Under the pieces are notes generated by a model. That model was not told the DNA's origin, searched no databases, and worked only from the letters and a program-made list of their open reading frames with translations. Positions 31,481 to 47,699 of a DNA stretch of 64,000 bases are shown piece after piece. Positions within the stretch are counted from its first letter, which is position 1. Each line of letters opens with the position of its first letter. A program made the position numbers and the translations under genes. The stretch is from the human T2T-CHM13v2.0 reference genome, Homo sapiens: the NCBI RefSeq assembly GCF_009914755.1, contig NC_060930.1; one strand, 5' to 3'.

Positions 31481-32599
31481 ATCCCATTGTGTAAAGTGTA
31501 TACTAAGAAACCTCTATGATTTTTATAGAATATATTGAAGTACTTGTGGGGCCTGGAGAGTGAAGTGGGCACCACGGTCATATGAGTCCTCCCTTGTTTG
31601 CAAGGAAAGCTTAATTGTAGAGCACTGAAGTCCAGGTTTTTGTCTGACTCTCCCCTCCCCAGCCATCATACCTGTCTACTGTTGAATTACTCTCCTTTTA
31701 TTCTCCCCACCAGTCCCTCCCCTTCTACCTTTATTTGTATGTGCAAGGAAGATTTGAGGGAAACAACTAAATTTTTAAAGAGTCTGAGTAGAAAAACAAT
31801 GGTTTTCAAGAAACTGAAACTTTGGTTTCTCTGTCCTATAGGCCTCATTTTCCTTTCTGCAATATCATCGGGAAGCACCCTGTTTAACCTGCTTCATCAA
31901 CCCCACGTTCCTTCTAGAATTGCTCTTCAAGCTTTTTTCTATTTTATGTTTCCACCTGTGCTCTTTGTCAATAATTAATCAATTGTTTACCTCTGAAATT
32001 TCTCAGTGTACAGTGTCTTACTGTTCTAGAAAATCTTTTCATTTAAATTCTTATTCTGTATAATACTCAAATTAGAGAATTGCTGAAAATGTGAAGTTTA
32101 ACATTTTTTTGTATCTGCTTAAATCAGTGACCATTATGCTCTGTTTGTAAAATACCCCATTCATCCTCCTGTCACCAGCTGTTGTTGCCATTCAGTTGCA
32201 TGTCAGTGTCATCCCGGAGATCCTCATTCTCATTAAGCCTTATATGCCGATTTTTCCTTTTTTTCAGTCACCCAATAAACCACAGACTCCCAAGCTATCT
32301 CTGTCTCTTGCATTTTCATGATCTATGGCCCTGTTCACCATCTCCTACCCACCACCCTCCCCCACCTACCCACCGCAATCCTTTCCACTTTGCCCTCTGG
32401 GACATAGTGAGATGGCAGCAGCAGGATGCCCTGTAGCCTCAGCCTCTTCTCTGAACTTTCCTTTTTCCTTCCCCCACCCACCTTTTCCTTTTTTGCTGTG
32501 ACAAAACCTGACTTTGTCCTGAGCTCACTGCTTCTCCCACCACCTTATCAGGTGGTGCCTTTTTTCCTCTACAAAGGCACCCTCTTGTACCATTGGGTC

Positions 32600-33980
32600 A
32601 GGAAACAGGATCAGTACCTTGCTTATTATTGCCACTTCCAGAAATTCTCCCTCCCTCTTCCATAGAAACCCCCAGTTATCAATCCCAGATCATCAGAGTG
32701 GACTACCCACCAACCCTCCTCTTTATAATCATCTACAGACACCCCAATCTGTCCTGAAGGTTTTCCCTTGAAAAAACTATCTTCAGTAGCTCTTCTCTCA
32801 AATCCTTAGTGATGTTAGTATCCGTGTGGGTAGTCCTTTAGATACCCTGTTCTCCCAGTTCCCTGGCCTCCTCTTCCACTGAGCTTGTCCTCCACCTCAT
32901 CACAGCCACTCATTCACATAGTTGTAGCTAGACCTATCCTTCCTTACCCTCGTGCCAGCTCTTCAGTCTCATTTCAGGCATCTGACTCTGACCACCACCT
33001 CCTCTTTCCAGTTCACTCCCTCTCATACCTCACTCCATCATTTCTTCAACTTCGCCAGACCTATGGTCTGTTGATATTCCCATCTGTTCAGAGTCCCACA
33101 CCTCTTCCTAGCTTCCAGTCTACCTTTCTGGTCGTTGTAGCAAAATTTCTCAGTAAAGAGAAGACTTGGTTCTCTTCACTGTCTCTAATTTCTTTCCTCC
33201 CATATGAAACCCACTCCAGTCATGCTTTCCCTATTATGACTCCACCAAAACTGCTATTGCCAAGGTCCAGTGACTTTCTGAATCCAGGGATCAATTTTCA
33301 GCCCTTGCTATACCCTATAAGCCTTTGACAGAATTGATCACTCCCACTTCCTGAGTAGCCTTTGTTCACATCGCTTTCAGGACTCTTTGGGTTTTCTTTC
33401 TACCTCGGTGGTCACTTCTTACTCAGCTTCTTCACTCAGGGGCCAGTAGGCATCTCAAAATATAACATCAAAAACTAAACCTTTTTTTTTTTTAGTAGAG
33501 TCAGGGTCTCACTGTGCTGTCCAGGCTAGTCTCTAACTCCTGACCTCAAGCAGTCCTCCAGCCTAGGCCTCTCGAAGTGCTGGGATTACAGCATGAGCCA
33601 CCATGCCCACCCTAAAACCAAACTTGATCTTACCTGCAGATCTTACACATTCCTCTTTATCTCAGTAAAAATCTCCTCCAGTCTTCCATTTGCTCAGATG
33701 AAAAATCTTGGAGTTTTCTTGTTCCTCTTTCTCAAAGCTCATGTCCAGTATTAGCAAATTATGTTGGTTTTATGTCAGTATATATCTAGAATTCAACCAC
33801 TTCTCATCACCTCCACTATTACCACCTACATCAAAATCATCATCTCTTGCCTGGATGTCACCTCATGGGTCCCCTGCTTCCATCCTTGCCTCTGCCACTC
33901 CCAGTCTTTTCTCAACCCAGCAGCCAATATGATCCTTACAGTTAAAATTTAAGTCAGTTTGTAAGTTAAATCATGTCACT
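32600..33980 (+). mobile_element. Degraded L2 LINE (with a partial Alu at about 33482-33612)
   Basis: Pyrimidine-rich L2-like blocks (ccaccaaaactgctattgccaaggtc...; tctagaattcaaccacttctcatcacctccact). Boundaries and orientation approximate. Confidence 0.55.
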
Positions 33981-34851
33981 TGGTAAAACCCAAAGTCCCC
34001 CAAATCAGTTCTGAGGCTCATACTCATCTAGGGATAGAAGTAAATCCCGTGTTAGCATCAGTTAATACCTGTGCTTGTACTTAAATCTTATTTTTCTTGT
34101 TTTCAGTAAATTATAGTGACATCTTTTGGATTAAATTGTTACCTTTACAATTGATATTGACATTTCTCAAGACACCAAAAGATTATATGAGATTTTTTTC
34201 TCAAGAATTGCAAAAATCTGTGGTGCAGCTTGACATTTTTATATTCATTTTTTGCTAAACACATTGTGTATTAGATCTAAAGAGTGTCCTTTGTCATGAT
34301 TCAAGGTTTTTATGAAAGAGACATTTTGCTGTAAATCTGTACTGCCCGAGAAGAAATTGTATCCCTCTTTTCCCTTATGACTATCCTATTCTTTCCAAAC
34401 CAAAAACCACAAGTTAATAAAATTGAATTTGGACCTCTTTCCTTGAATGCCTATTACAAGCCAAGCACTGTCCTTGACATTATCTCCTTTAATTTCCGTA
34501 AACAATTCTGTTATGTAGCCTCACTTTTGAGGTTGGGAACAGAGGCTCTGGGAGATTAAGTACCTATTCTATTCAAGGTCACACAAGTAAGTGATGAAGC
34601 TGGGGTTGAATCCAGGTATGACTCTTGATATACACCCTGCCTGACCAAAGTGACTGTTTAACTGGTTTTGTAAGTTAATTTGTCACTGGTAAAACATTGA
34701 ACACCTACTGGTTCCTTAGATGTAATGGGCATAGACAAGGAAGAAATTCAGTGTTTAAATCAGTTAAGAAAGCTGTGATTCTAGGCCCTACTAACTACAA
34801 AGCTTTCAATATTCTTTTATTTTTTCCACTTAGTGACAAATTATTCTTTAA

Positions 34852-35192
<341 letters not shown>

Positions 35193-35349
35193 AACTTACA
35201 CTAATAGTTCTAAAATGAAGCCATGTCTATAAATTGTTAACACTTGAGGCAGAGAGGAAGTGAGGGATTGAGTAACAGAACTTTAAAAATCATTCTAAAA
35301 ATTCTACATGTTCACATTTAATTGCTCAAGTCTCTGTGATGTGATTTGA

Positions 35350-35568
<219 letters not shown>

Positions 35569-35806
35569 AAATACTCAATATGGACCATTTAGGAATTATA
35601 AGCAGCAACTGTGAAAGACTTGCCACTCAATATCTTAGGTGACTGATTAGACATAGAGGGTTGTTTTAGGAGCATGCCACGGGAAAGACTGAGGGATCAT
35701 GATCATTTGTTCAGAAAAAAAGCCCCTGAACTGATTTTGTTACCATAGAATTTAAAAAAAAAAAAAGCTTTAACAGTTGGCTGTAATTTGGCTTTTATTA
35801 TCCTTT

Positions 35807-35812
35807 ATTAAA
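35807..35812 (+). terminator. Candidate proximal GTF2H5 polyadenylation signal ATTAAA
   Basis: ATTAAA about 240 nt after the stop codon, followed by U/GU-rich sequence (about 35870-35930). Confidence 0.5.
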
Positions 35813-36218
35813 ATACAAATGTCAATGCTTTTCCTGCCTTTTTAATACCATGTCAGTGTAACATAGGTATTTATTTTGCTCATCCCTGTGATCTGTGCAT
35901 TTTTGCTGCGTGGATGTGATTGTTTGGTTTCAGTTAGAAACGTCATAGATTTGCTGTTTGAATATGCCAAGGTGGGGACTTAGACATTATGTACGTCTCA
36001 CAAATCCTACCTGCATACCAGTCAGCTCTATTGAGGAAGACAATGTAAAACTAATGTAAACTACAGTTTGCATTTCCCTGAAAACAGAATATTGTTTTTA
36101 AGAGGGTTAGAAACAACCAGTGGGAAAGGCACATGCTGCTTTGTTTAGTTTTTCCTTGTTCAAACTTTGTTGGTCACATTTTCCCATCTGTATTCTTTTT
36201 TATTAAGAAAACAGCTTA

Positions 36219-36705
36219 GGGAGGCTGAGGTGGGAGGATTGCTTGAGCCCAGGAGTCCGAGGTTGCTACAAAAACACCATTGCACTCTGGCCTGGACAAC
36301 AGAGAGACCCTGCCTCAAAAAAAAAAAAAAAAAAAAAAAAAAAATTCTACTTGTACCTTATTCCCTATGAGAATACTTATCAAACTTATCTAAAAAAGAA
36401 AAATAGGAACAGCCATATGCAAAGTCAGCCCAACAGGAAAGGACATATTAGATTAAAATACATTGCGGCCTGGGCTTAGTGGCTCACACCTGTAATCCCA
36501 GCACTTTGGGAGGCTGAGGCAGGCAGATCGCTTGAGTCCAGGAGTCGAAACCCTGTCTCTACAAAAAAAAAAATACAAAAATCTGCCTGTTGTCCCAGCC
36601 ACTGGGGAGGCTGAGGTAGGAGGTCAAGGCTGCAGTGAACCTTGATCATTGCTACTGCCACTCCAGCCTAGGTGACAGAGTGAGACCCTGTCTCCAAAAA
36701 AAAAA
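36219..36705 (+). mobile_element. Two partial Alus (36219-36343, 36467-36705)
   Basis: Alu consensus with A-tails. Confidence 0.85.
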
Positions 36706-37125
36706 GTGTATATGTATGTGTGTATATATAGCAAGAGAGAGTTCTGTGATCAATTGAAGGCAAAAACAGTAACACTGAGAGGGGCTTTGCTTCCCTTCCT
36801 GAAGATCATGTCATTGGGGTGGGTTCCTGTAAAGGGAATTTTCCAAGAGAAAAGAGAATTTTCATGACCTGTAGACTCTTACAAATCCATTTTACCTGCT
36901 TCCTTATGGTATGTTTATTCAAAGCACCTGTGTACCATATTTATTCACTTACACAGCATTACTGAATCTGGAAATTTTCAGTTAGGTATATTTTACATAA
37001 TTCCCACCCATATAACTCAGTCCATACAGTTCACAGTTTTCATTCCCTCATAGCAATGCAAAAAATTTTGATGAGTTACTACTACTAAAACTAGTTAAGT
37101 AAAAGATGATTCTTAAGAATTTCCA

Positions 37126-37422
37126 GGCTGGGCACGGTGGCTCACGCCTGTAATCCCAGCACTTTGGGAGGCTGAGGCAGGCAGCTCACGAGGTCAGGAG
37201 ATCGAGACCATCCTGCTCGGTGAAACCCCATCTCTATTAAAAATACAAAAAATTAGCCGGGCCTGGTGGCGGGTGCCTGTAGTCCCATCTACTCAGGAGG
37301 CTGAGGCAGGAGAATGGCGTGAACCCGGGAGGCGGAGCTTGCAGTAAGCTGAGATTGTGCCACTGCACTCCAGCCTGGGCGACAGAGGGAGACTCCATCT
37401 CAAAAAAAAAAAAAAAAAAAAA
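37126..37422 (+). mobile_element. AluY-like
   Basis: Alu consensus; gaatttcca flanks. Confidence 0.9.
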
Positions 37423-37647
37423 TGAATTTCCAGCTATACCAAAATGTTACTAATGTATCTTATATTTCAGGCATGTCTAAATCAACTTTTAGTATGCCTC
37501 AGGCATTTGTCACCAACCTTTTATATTAACATGAAACTTAGAAAATTTTTGATAGAATCCCAGAGTTCAAAAGGTATTAGGATTTTTGCCACTGAAGTAA
37601 AAAAGAGAAAAAAAGATATTTATGAGAAAACTATTGAACAGTGACTG

Positions 37648-38252
37648 TGTTGTACCCGAGCAAGTTAGAGGAACGCCACACTTTGAGACGAATTTAAAAG
37701 TCCTTTATTTAGCTGGCAGCCAAGAGGTGGCTCACACTTGGAATTCTCTCAGCTCCGAGGAAGGGGCTTGATTTTCCTTTATACTTTGGTTTAGGAAGGG
37801 GACGGGAGCTCAGTTGCAACAATTCTACAGAAGTAAAAACATGCAAAAAATTAAAAAGACAAATGGTTACAGAGAAACAAACAGTTCCAGGTGCAGGGGC
37901 TCTAAATCTATCATAAGATGTCAGGTGTGGGGGCTCTGCCAGACACAAACTCAAGGCTTTATGGTGTATCTCTTGAGCGAAATCCTGGGAACTTCGTACA
38001 TTGCTTGCTTCAGTACCTTATGAGTTAATTGGACTCTTTGATATGTTGAGAGTCAGCTTACACAAGTTAACTCCTTGAGGAAAGGGGGTGGGTAAGGAGT
38101 CCTTGATGTCCTGTAAATGAAGGAACCAAATGGAGTTCCTCCGGCTTTCTCAGCTAAGGGAGAGCTTATTCACATGGAAACAAGGCTAGGTGATTAAGGG
38201 AGAAAGGGACAGTCTGAAAACAAGGTTAGTAAAAACAAGGTTAGGTATTAGA
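37648..38252 (-). mobile_element. ERV1 solo LTR, LTR6-like
   Basis: 4-bp TSD ACTG (37644-37647 / 38253-38256). Minus strand starts ...taatacctaaccttgtttttactaacc, as in LTR6 from recall. Confidence 0.75.
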
Positions 38253-39412
38253 ACTGCAAAGAGTATTAAGTGAAATAAGTGAAGGAAAATATGAGCTCTT
38301 ATTTTTTAAAAGTTGTGTTGGGGCAAATGTTAAATATCTTTCTTTCTCTGGACATTATTAAGAAAGATAGAGTGATGTGAATGATAGGAAGCCCACCTGT
38401 AACCACTTAGCTGACATGTCCAACTATGGGTGAACAGGAAATAAGCGACATTCACCTAGGCTGTTTATTGGAATCTGACTAGCATTATTTGATTTGGCAT
38501 ACTTTACATGTCCAGAACAAGGCTGTTGGTGCTTGGCACCAAGAAATTTATGACTTTTTTTTTTTTTTTAAATAAAGTCCTAAAGGTAGCATTAAAATGA
38601 CTTAACTGGAGGCAGGAGGATCACTGAAGCCCAGGAGTTTGAAGCTGCAGTAAGCTAAGAAGGTGCCACTGCACTGCAGCCTGGATGACAGAGTGAAACT
38701 TTGTCTCTTAATAGAACTATGGACTGAAGTTGTGATATTGAGTGTTATATTTCTCAATAAAGGTTTTTTCTTTTAATACTGTATTAGGTCAAATTCAAGG
38801 TCTTAATTCCTTGAATTCCAATTTCCTTGTGAAATTTCATGTGATTAATTTAAAATTCCAGGGATCCTATCTAACATCACAGTTGATGGATATAACAATG
38901 TATTTTGAGAAATCAGTTTTGGTGAACAGTAACAGCATTACTGATAATAGGCAACAAACACTACTGCATTTTATTTCTGATAGGCATTATAGGTGGTAAT
39001 CCAAATGATTAATGATTTTATTGCTCTTTACATTTTCTAGAACAGGTGATTTGACATAATTGTACTTTTTTCTGAGAAGTTGGTAGTGTACTTACTACTC
39101 TATTTTGCAGTTATACAATAAATCTTACTTAGCTGACAACTAGGAGTAAAAGCTCTGACAAAAAGCCTCTGCTGTAACTAAAATACTGAGATCATTCTAT
39201 CTTAACAAACTTAACAGATGGGGAAGGGGTATATTTTAAAGATGGAGAAATGATGCAGTTTGCAAATATAGTCAATAAATATTCTCAAGTGTACGTAGCT
39301 CAATTTCATTTGCAGCAAAGATAACACTGAAATGTCTATGGATGAGATTATTGGATAAACTTTTTTAAAAACACTGTTCTCAAGATAGGCAAGTGATTAA
39401 GAGCACTGACTG

Positions 39413-39732
<320 letters not shown>

Positions 39733-39877
39733 CTAGATTCCTTGAGTCCAAGTGTCAGATCTCTGCTTACTAGCTCTGGGATCTCAGATGTTTCGTTGAT
39801 TGGATTTCTTTGTGCTCATTTGTGTAAACAGGAATGCCCGTCTTTAAAGACTATTAAAATGAATGTGAGTTAACACA

Positions 39878-41455
39878 CAAGAGGTCTTCAAAAAGTTGAT
39901 GGAAAATGCATATTATGAAAAAAATTATGCATAGATTTCAAAAATCTTTGCAACAAAATAAACTCATCATTATAACATGTCTGAACAGGATCTAGTTTGA
40001 GGCACTAAGAAGGATATCAGTTTAAATAGAGCCCCTGTCAGAACAATATGAATTCTGCTAAAACTGAAGCAAGAACAAACATCAAATTTATGGCAAAGCT
40101 TAGGTGGAAGAATGGTGCAATCATTGATGCTTTGCAAAAAGTTTATGGGAACAACGCCCCAAGGAAATCAGTTTACAAATGGATAATTCATTTTAAGAAA
40201 GGACAAGACAATGTTGAAGATGAAACCTACAGCAGCAGACCATGCCACTTCGTGAGGAAAAAATTATCTCATTCATGCCCTACTTGAAGAGGACCAATGA
40301 TTAACAGCAGAAACGATAGCCAACACAATATGCTCCTCAGTTGGTTCAGCTTTTATAAATCTGACTGAAAAATTAAAGTTGAGCACACTTTCCACTCAAT
40401 GGATACCAAAACCATCCAGCCCAGGTCAGCTGCAGACAAAAGCAGAGCTTTCGATGGAAATGTCAAACAAGTGAGATCAAGATCCTGAAGCATTTCTTCA
40501 AAGAATTGTAGCAAAAACAGACTTTTAAAACCTTGAATTCAGAGACAGGTATAAAGACTGCTTGGTGATTTTGAAAGGACTGAGATCATTTTGGGAGAGA
40601 TCATCTTCAGAAAATGACCAGATACAACAAGAATTTAACATGGCAGCCAAACCAACCCACTAACACACATTTAAATAAGATACCCAAATGCAGAAAGAAA
40701 AGCACAGTCGTCATGCAAAATAGTCACTACTCATTCAAAAACTCTATAGTTGTCTGAGTCGTTATGCTCAAAATATCCAATAATATTTCTTTTGCTGAGC
40801 TGTAAAATAATTATTTTGCAAACATAAAAGAAAAAAAAAAGAATTGTAACAGAAACATGGCTTTACCAGTATGACCCTCAAGACAAAATACAAAACAATG
40901 GCTACCAAGAGGTGGAAGTGGCCCAGTCACAGCAAGAGCAGATTGATCAAGAGCAAAGGTCATGGTAACAGTTTTTTGGATCCTCAAGTCATTTTGCTTG
41001 TTGACTTTTTGGAGGGCCAAATAAAGATATCATCTGCTTATTATGAGAGTGTTTCGAGAGAAATCCAAAGCTTAGCAGAGAAACGCCTGGGAAAGCTTCA
41101 CCAGAGGGTCTTCCACCGTGACAGTTCCCCTGCGCATTCCTCTCATAAAGCAAGGGCAGTTTAGCTAGAATTTCTATCAAAAATCATTAGGTATCCATCT
41201 CCCAGTCCTGATTTGGCTCCTTCTGACTTCTTTTTGTTTCCCAATCTTAAAAAAATCCCTGAAGGGCACCTGTTTTTCTTCAGCTAATAAAAAAGACATG
41301 GTTAATTTCCCAGGACCCTCAGTTCTTTAGGGATAGACTGAATGGCTGGTATCATTGCTTGAACTTAATGGAGCTTATGTTGAGAAATAAAAGAAATTAT
41401 ATTTTATTTTTATCTTTTAATTCTATTTTTCCATGAACTTTTTGAAGTCCCCTCA
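39878..41455 (+). mobile_element. Hsmar2 mariner DNA transposon, both TIRs present, transposase pseudogenised, carrying an internal insertion
   Basis: TIRs gaggtcttcaaaaagttgatggaaaat / atttttccatgaactttttgaagtcccctc. ORF from 40048 MNSAKTEARTNIKFMAKLRWKNG...; WIPKP, RIVT-ETW, HRDSSPAH and SPDLAPSDFF motifs of mariner transposases. Confidence 0.93.
40511..40837 (+). other. Retroposed insert of unknown origin (A-tail, TSD)
   Basis: Flanked by AAAGAATTGTA (40500-40510 and 40838-40848), ends in an A-rich tail; I do not recognise it as Alu, L1 or SVA. Confidence 0.8.
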
Positions 41456-41843
41456 GATATAAAGCAGAACGTTATGAAACTGAGTTACCTTGAATCTAGA
41501 AGAGTACAATGATAAAGGGGAAGATAGAAACACACACATATGCGTTGTTTTCCCCACTTTCACAATGCCGTGCAGAAACTAACAGATGAAGGAGGAGAAT
41601 CCCTAAAAACAGAGCATTGGGTAGCTAGTCCACCAGCGGTCTGATGCTTTCATTGATCTCAAAACTGTCTCTGAGTAACTCTACCAGGAAAGTTGTCTGG
41701 AGGGTTAACATTTCTGAAACCATTTTTATCTTTGCCTTCATTCTTGAATGATAATTAGTCTCGAATGTTTGGATCACAATCCATTGAAAAACTAGGCTAT
41801 TTTTTCACTGTCCTCAGACATTTACTGAGTCCAGTTTGGACTT

Positions 41844-42118
41844 TATTTTATTTTATTTTTTTTGAAACAAGATCTCGCTCTGTTGCTCAGGCTGAAGTGC
41901 AATAGCGCAAACTCGGCTCACTGCAACCTCCCAGGTTCAAGCAATTCTCGTGCCTCAGCCATCCCTATAGGCATGCGCCACCACACTTTGCTAATCTTGT
42001 ATTTTTGGTAGAGACGGGGTTTGCACCATGTTGGCCAGGCTGGTCTCGAACTCCCAACCTCAAGTAATCTGGCCTCCCAAAGTGGTGGGATTACAGGCGT
42101 GAGCCAGCGCGCCCGGCC
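41844..42118 (-). mobile_element. Alu
   Basis: Reverse Alu consensus. Confidence 0.88.
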
Positions 42119-42735
42119 TGGACTTAACTTCTGAAGAACTCTTTCTGTTTAGATTGCAGGAGCGTTCTCTCGGCTCATCTCTTGTTTTCTCACCCAGCTG
42201 TTCTTCTTCTAGTTGGCCATCATTCTTCATCCCTCCCTCCCTTTCCTGCAGTTAATTATTTCTTTGAAATTTTAAAACTTCTTAATGTTGCCTGGAATAC
42301 ATGAGTCTTCCTGATCTCTTCAAACGGGGTTTGTTTTGTTTTGCTTTGGGGAGAATTCTTTTGACGTTTTTGAATAAGCTGTTAACAACTTTAATACCTG
42401 TCTTGTTTGTTTTCTTCAGAAATTTGTTAATTCTCCATGATTAGCACCTTTATGTGGTTATCTCATTATTTTCATTCCTTTTTAATTCTCTGTTTTAGGA
42501 ATGCTTGTCAAATTCGTCACTAAAATTGATTTACTTTCTTGAAAACCTGTTTCTGCTGCTCCCAACATGATTTAATCTTGGCTACTGAGCTTTTGGTTAC
42601 GTTGCACTCCCTTTAAAATTACTCCGTTTAAGTACAGTGTTCACTCTTTGGGTAATGTGTACAATAGAAGCCCAATCCCCACCTATACCCAATATATCCA
42701 TGGGACAAGCATGTACATGCACCCCCTGAGTCTAA

Positions 42736-42741
42736 AATAAA
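42736..42741 (+). terminator. Candidate distal GTF2H5 polyadenylation signal AATAAA within an old L1 3'-end fragment
   Basis: AATAAA at the end of an L1MA-like 3' terminus (about 42630-42755), with U-rich downstream sequence. Fits my unverified recollection of a multi-kb GTF2H5 3' UTR. Confidence 0.45.
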
Positions 42742-42864
42742 AATTTTAAAAAAACTATATCTGTCACAGCCTGTTTTTATTTTTAATTGAAGTTCTCTTT
42801 TTATGAGCGATACACATTCATTGCAGGCAGATTGAAAAAGGGAAACAAAAGAAAATACAACTCA

Positions 42865-44155
<1,291 letters not shown>

Positions 44156-44284
44156 GAGTTCTACTCCCTATCCCAATGAGATCACACTGCTTTGACACTT
44201 GCCTTTTCCCTTAATTTTTCATGCTCCTTTATGAAAAACCTGAAGCAGGATTTCTATTTCAGAGGAAAGTTTTTTTTTCTGATT

Positions 44285-44432
44285 TTAGATGGGGAGCTTT
44301 CTAAAAATGTTGATGCCTGGCCTCAGCCCCCAGTCATTCAAATTTAGTTGTTCTGGGATATGACCCAAGCGTCAGCATCTTTAAAAGGCCTGCCTGGTGC
44401 TTCTGCTGTGCATTCAGAGCTGAGAACTCCTG
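44285..44432. mobile_element. MER5A-like DNA transposon
   Basis: MER5-like blocks. Similar copies at about 45699-45858 and 48090-48240. Confidence 0.55.
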
Positions 44433-44774
44433 GGCCGGTGTGTGCACAATGGAGACTCTGGGTAGGAGGTTTTGTTTTTGGGTTTCGTTCGGTTTCCAGT
44501 AGGCTAATCTACCAGCACAGCTGTTTCCTTTTACTGCCAAGGAAATGCTGAGTCTGCCCAGCAAGGAACCAGCTTTTGTTAAAATTCACTAATTAGATAA
44601 CTGATTCCCCAAGTCGTTGCAGGATCTTATTTATTGACAGTAGCTAGCTTGAGTTGGATCCTTTGGTTAGACGGAGGAAAGTCATTGCAGCACTCATAAT
44701 TGGTTAAGTTTTTTTTTTTTAAACATAAATTCACTAAGATATTTTAGTCTTGTGTTTATTTACTGTTTACCATG

Positions 44775-44779
<5 letters not shown>

Positions 44780-44818
<39 letters not shown>
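44780..44818. repeat. (TG)n microsatellite
   Basis: Directly visible. Confidence 0.95.
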
Positions 44819-44822
<4 letters not shown>

Positions 44823-45183
44823 AAACTCTTAAGCTATGTCAGCATATCCTTTCTCAGGCAGAGTCTTTCGGAGGTAGATGTCTAATTCAGTATTAACTGG
44901 TTTACCTAGCTCTCATCACTCCTCCGGCTCCCTCAAGCCCTCAGTAACATCTGCACTTACATAAGGTATTTGGATGTGTGACTTATATTTTATTAAATTA
45001 AGGACAGAAGTTGAGTTTGACACACAAAAACAGGGAGAGCAGAGGCAGGTCCGTGAGAGATAAACAAACACAACTAATTTAGTGACATGAAGAATTCACA
45101 GAAATCTTGGAAGGTTTTGAACTTCTGTGGACATGGAATGGAAGGGTTAGTCTTATGTCAGTTTTATCAAACACATTAAATCT

Positions 45184-45539
<356 letters not shown>

Positions 45540-45917
45540 CTACCATGTCTAAAAGTAAATGTTCTATGAGTGTTTAAACCTCTAACTATGACTATACTGG
45601 GCAATTGGTCCAAAAGCCACTCTGAAAATTTTCCAGCATAAAGTTGTTATGGTCTTGACTGAGGCAGATATGCCTTTGAGGGCTTCTTAGTCTATATCAG
45701 TGCTTTTCAACTTTAAAGTACTTACAAATCATCTGGAAGTCCTTAGAATGCAGATTCCGATTAAGTGGGTGTGGGCTGGGGCCTGAGATTCTGCATTTCT
45801 AGAAGGCTTCCAGGGGATGGCAGTGCTGCTGTCTGGCAGGTCACATTTTGAGTAGCTAAGCTCAAACACCCAAAGTGATGGTGTCATAGAGAAATAGAAG
45901 TTAAAGAAAAATGTTTA

Positions 45918-46231
<314 letters not shown>

Positions 46232-46723
46232 TTAATGAGGCAGAGACCATGACCATATGGATAGATAATATTCTATATGTGTTATATGTATCCGTCTCCC
46301 AAAGTTTTAAGTGGAACAAAACTGACAGTAGATTCCCTTTAAAAGATAAAAGATTCATTATCATCAATATCTTTCTCCTCATGATGATTAAGTATTCGAT
46401 TGTCAAGTTTCTTGAACTGATTGCTTTATGGCATATATACTGTCTCCTTCCCCAAACCCAAAACCGTTTTTTTGAAAGGGATAATAAGTATTGCATAAAT
46501 ACACCAATTGATCTATCAATTGATCATTTGATTGTTAGTTAAGAAGAAAAGATATACAATAAATTCTCTTGACAGGCTTGTTCCTGCAAGTGTCTAGAAA
46601 TTATTAAAATCTTCAGGTCACAAAAACTTAAATTTAATCTCCAAATTTAATTTAATCCCAAGTACTTGGCAAAGTTAACTGTCCTTAATAACAAATATTC
46701 ACACCAGATGTTTTAGAACCTTA

Positions 46724-47062
<339 letters not shown>

Positions 47063-47563
47063 TCACAAGTGGTAATGTTTTAGGAGATATACTCTCTCTG
47101 CTAAATTGATATTAATATATTGGGTTAAACTTCTGTATTGGAAATTCTAAAATGAACATAAAATATTGGCAGAAGCCAGAGAGGAACATTATTGATTGAC
47201 AATTAAGCAGGCACAGCCGAAAATATTAATCAACACAGCAAGAAAGACAGGCATAGGATTTGAAACGTGATGACCTGAGCAGTTCACATTTTCTGAATCG
47301 TATCCTCAGGAGGAATTAATGCAGAGGGAGTAATCTGAGGAAGAGTAATGAGAAGGAAATACGACTGCTTTGTAGATTGTAATGATTTCTGTTTCCTTAA
47401 AACCCAGATTCAGTCCAATGGGGTACTTAACAGAGCTCAGAAGAAAAATAGAAGTTTATTCTGCTTGGTGATTCTTTTTCTGCCATCCCCAAATCATAGA
47501 GTATGTTATTTGCTCATGTGACACTTCCGTTTGGGAAGAACAAAAGCAGCTGAACACATTAAC

Positions 47564-47699
47564 TCTTCAAACAAGTTTTTTAAAAATAATATTAGTTCTA
47601 ACAGCTGATCTGGAGATCTACACATTGCCAGGTGGCCAAGCCCTGCGGAAGGGATTCCAAATGCACCAGAAGTTAGCCAGGTGAGGTGATGTTGAAATC
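47564..47699 (+). repeat. Copy 1 of a dispersed roughly 135-bp direct duplication
   Basis: Aligns with 49725-49859. Confidence 0.9.

Noticed and set aside
32885-33328. 147-aa Ser/Pro/Leu-rich ORF
   Set aside because: Lies in pyrimidine-rich L2-like sequence; a compositional artefact.
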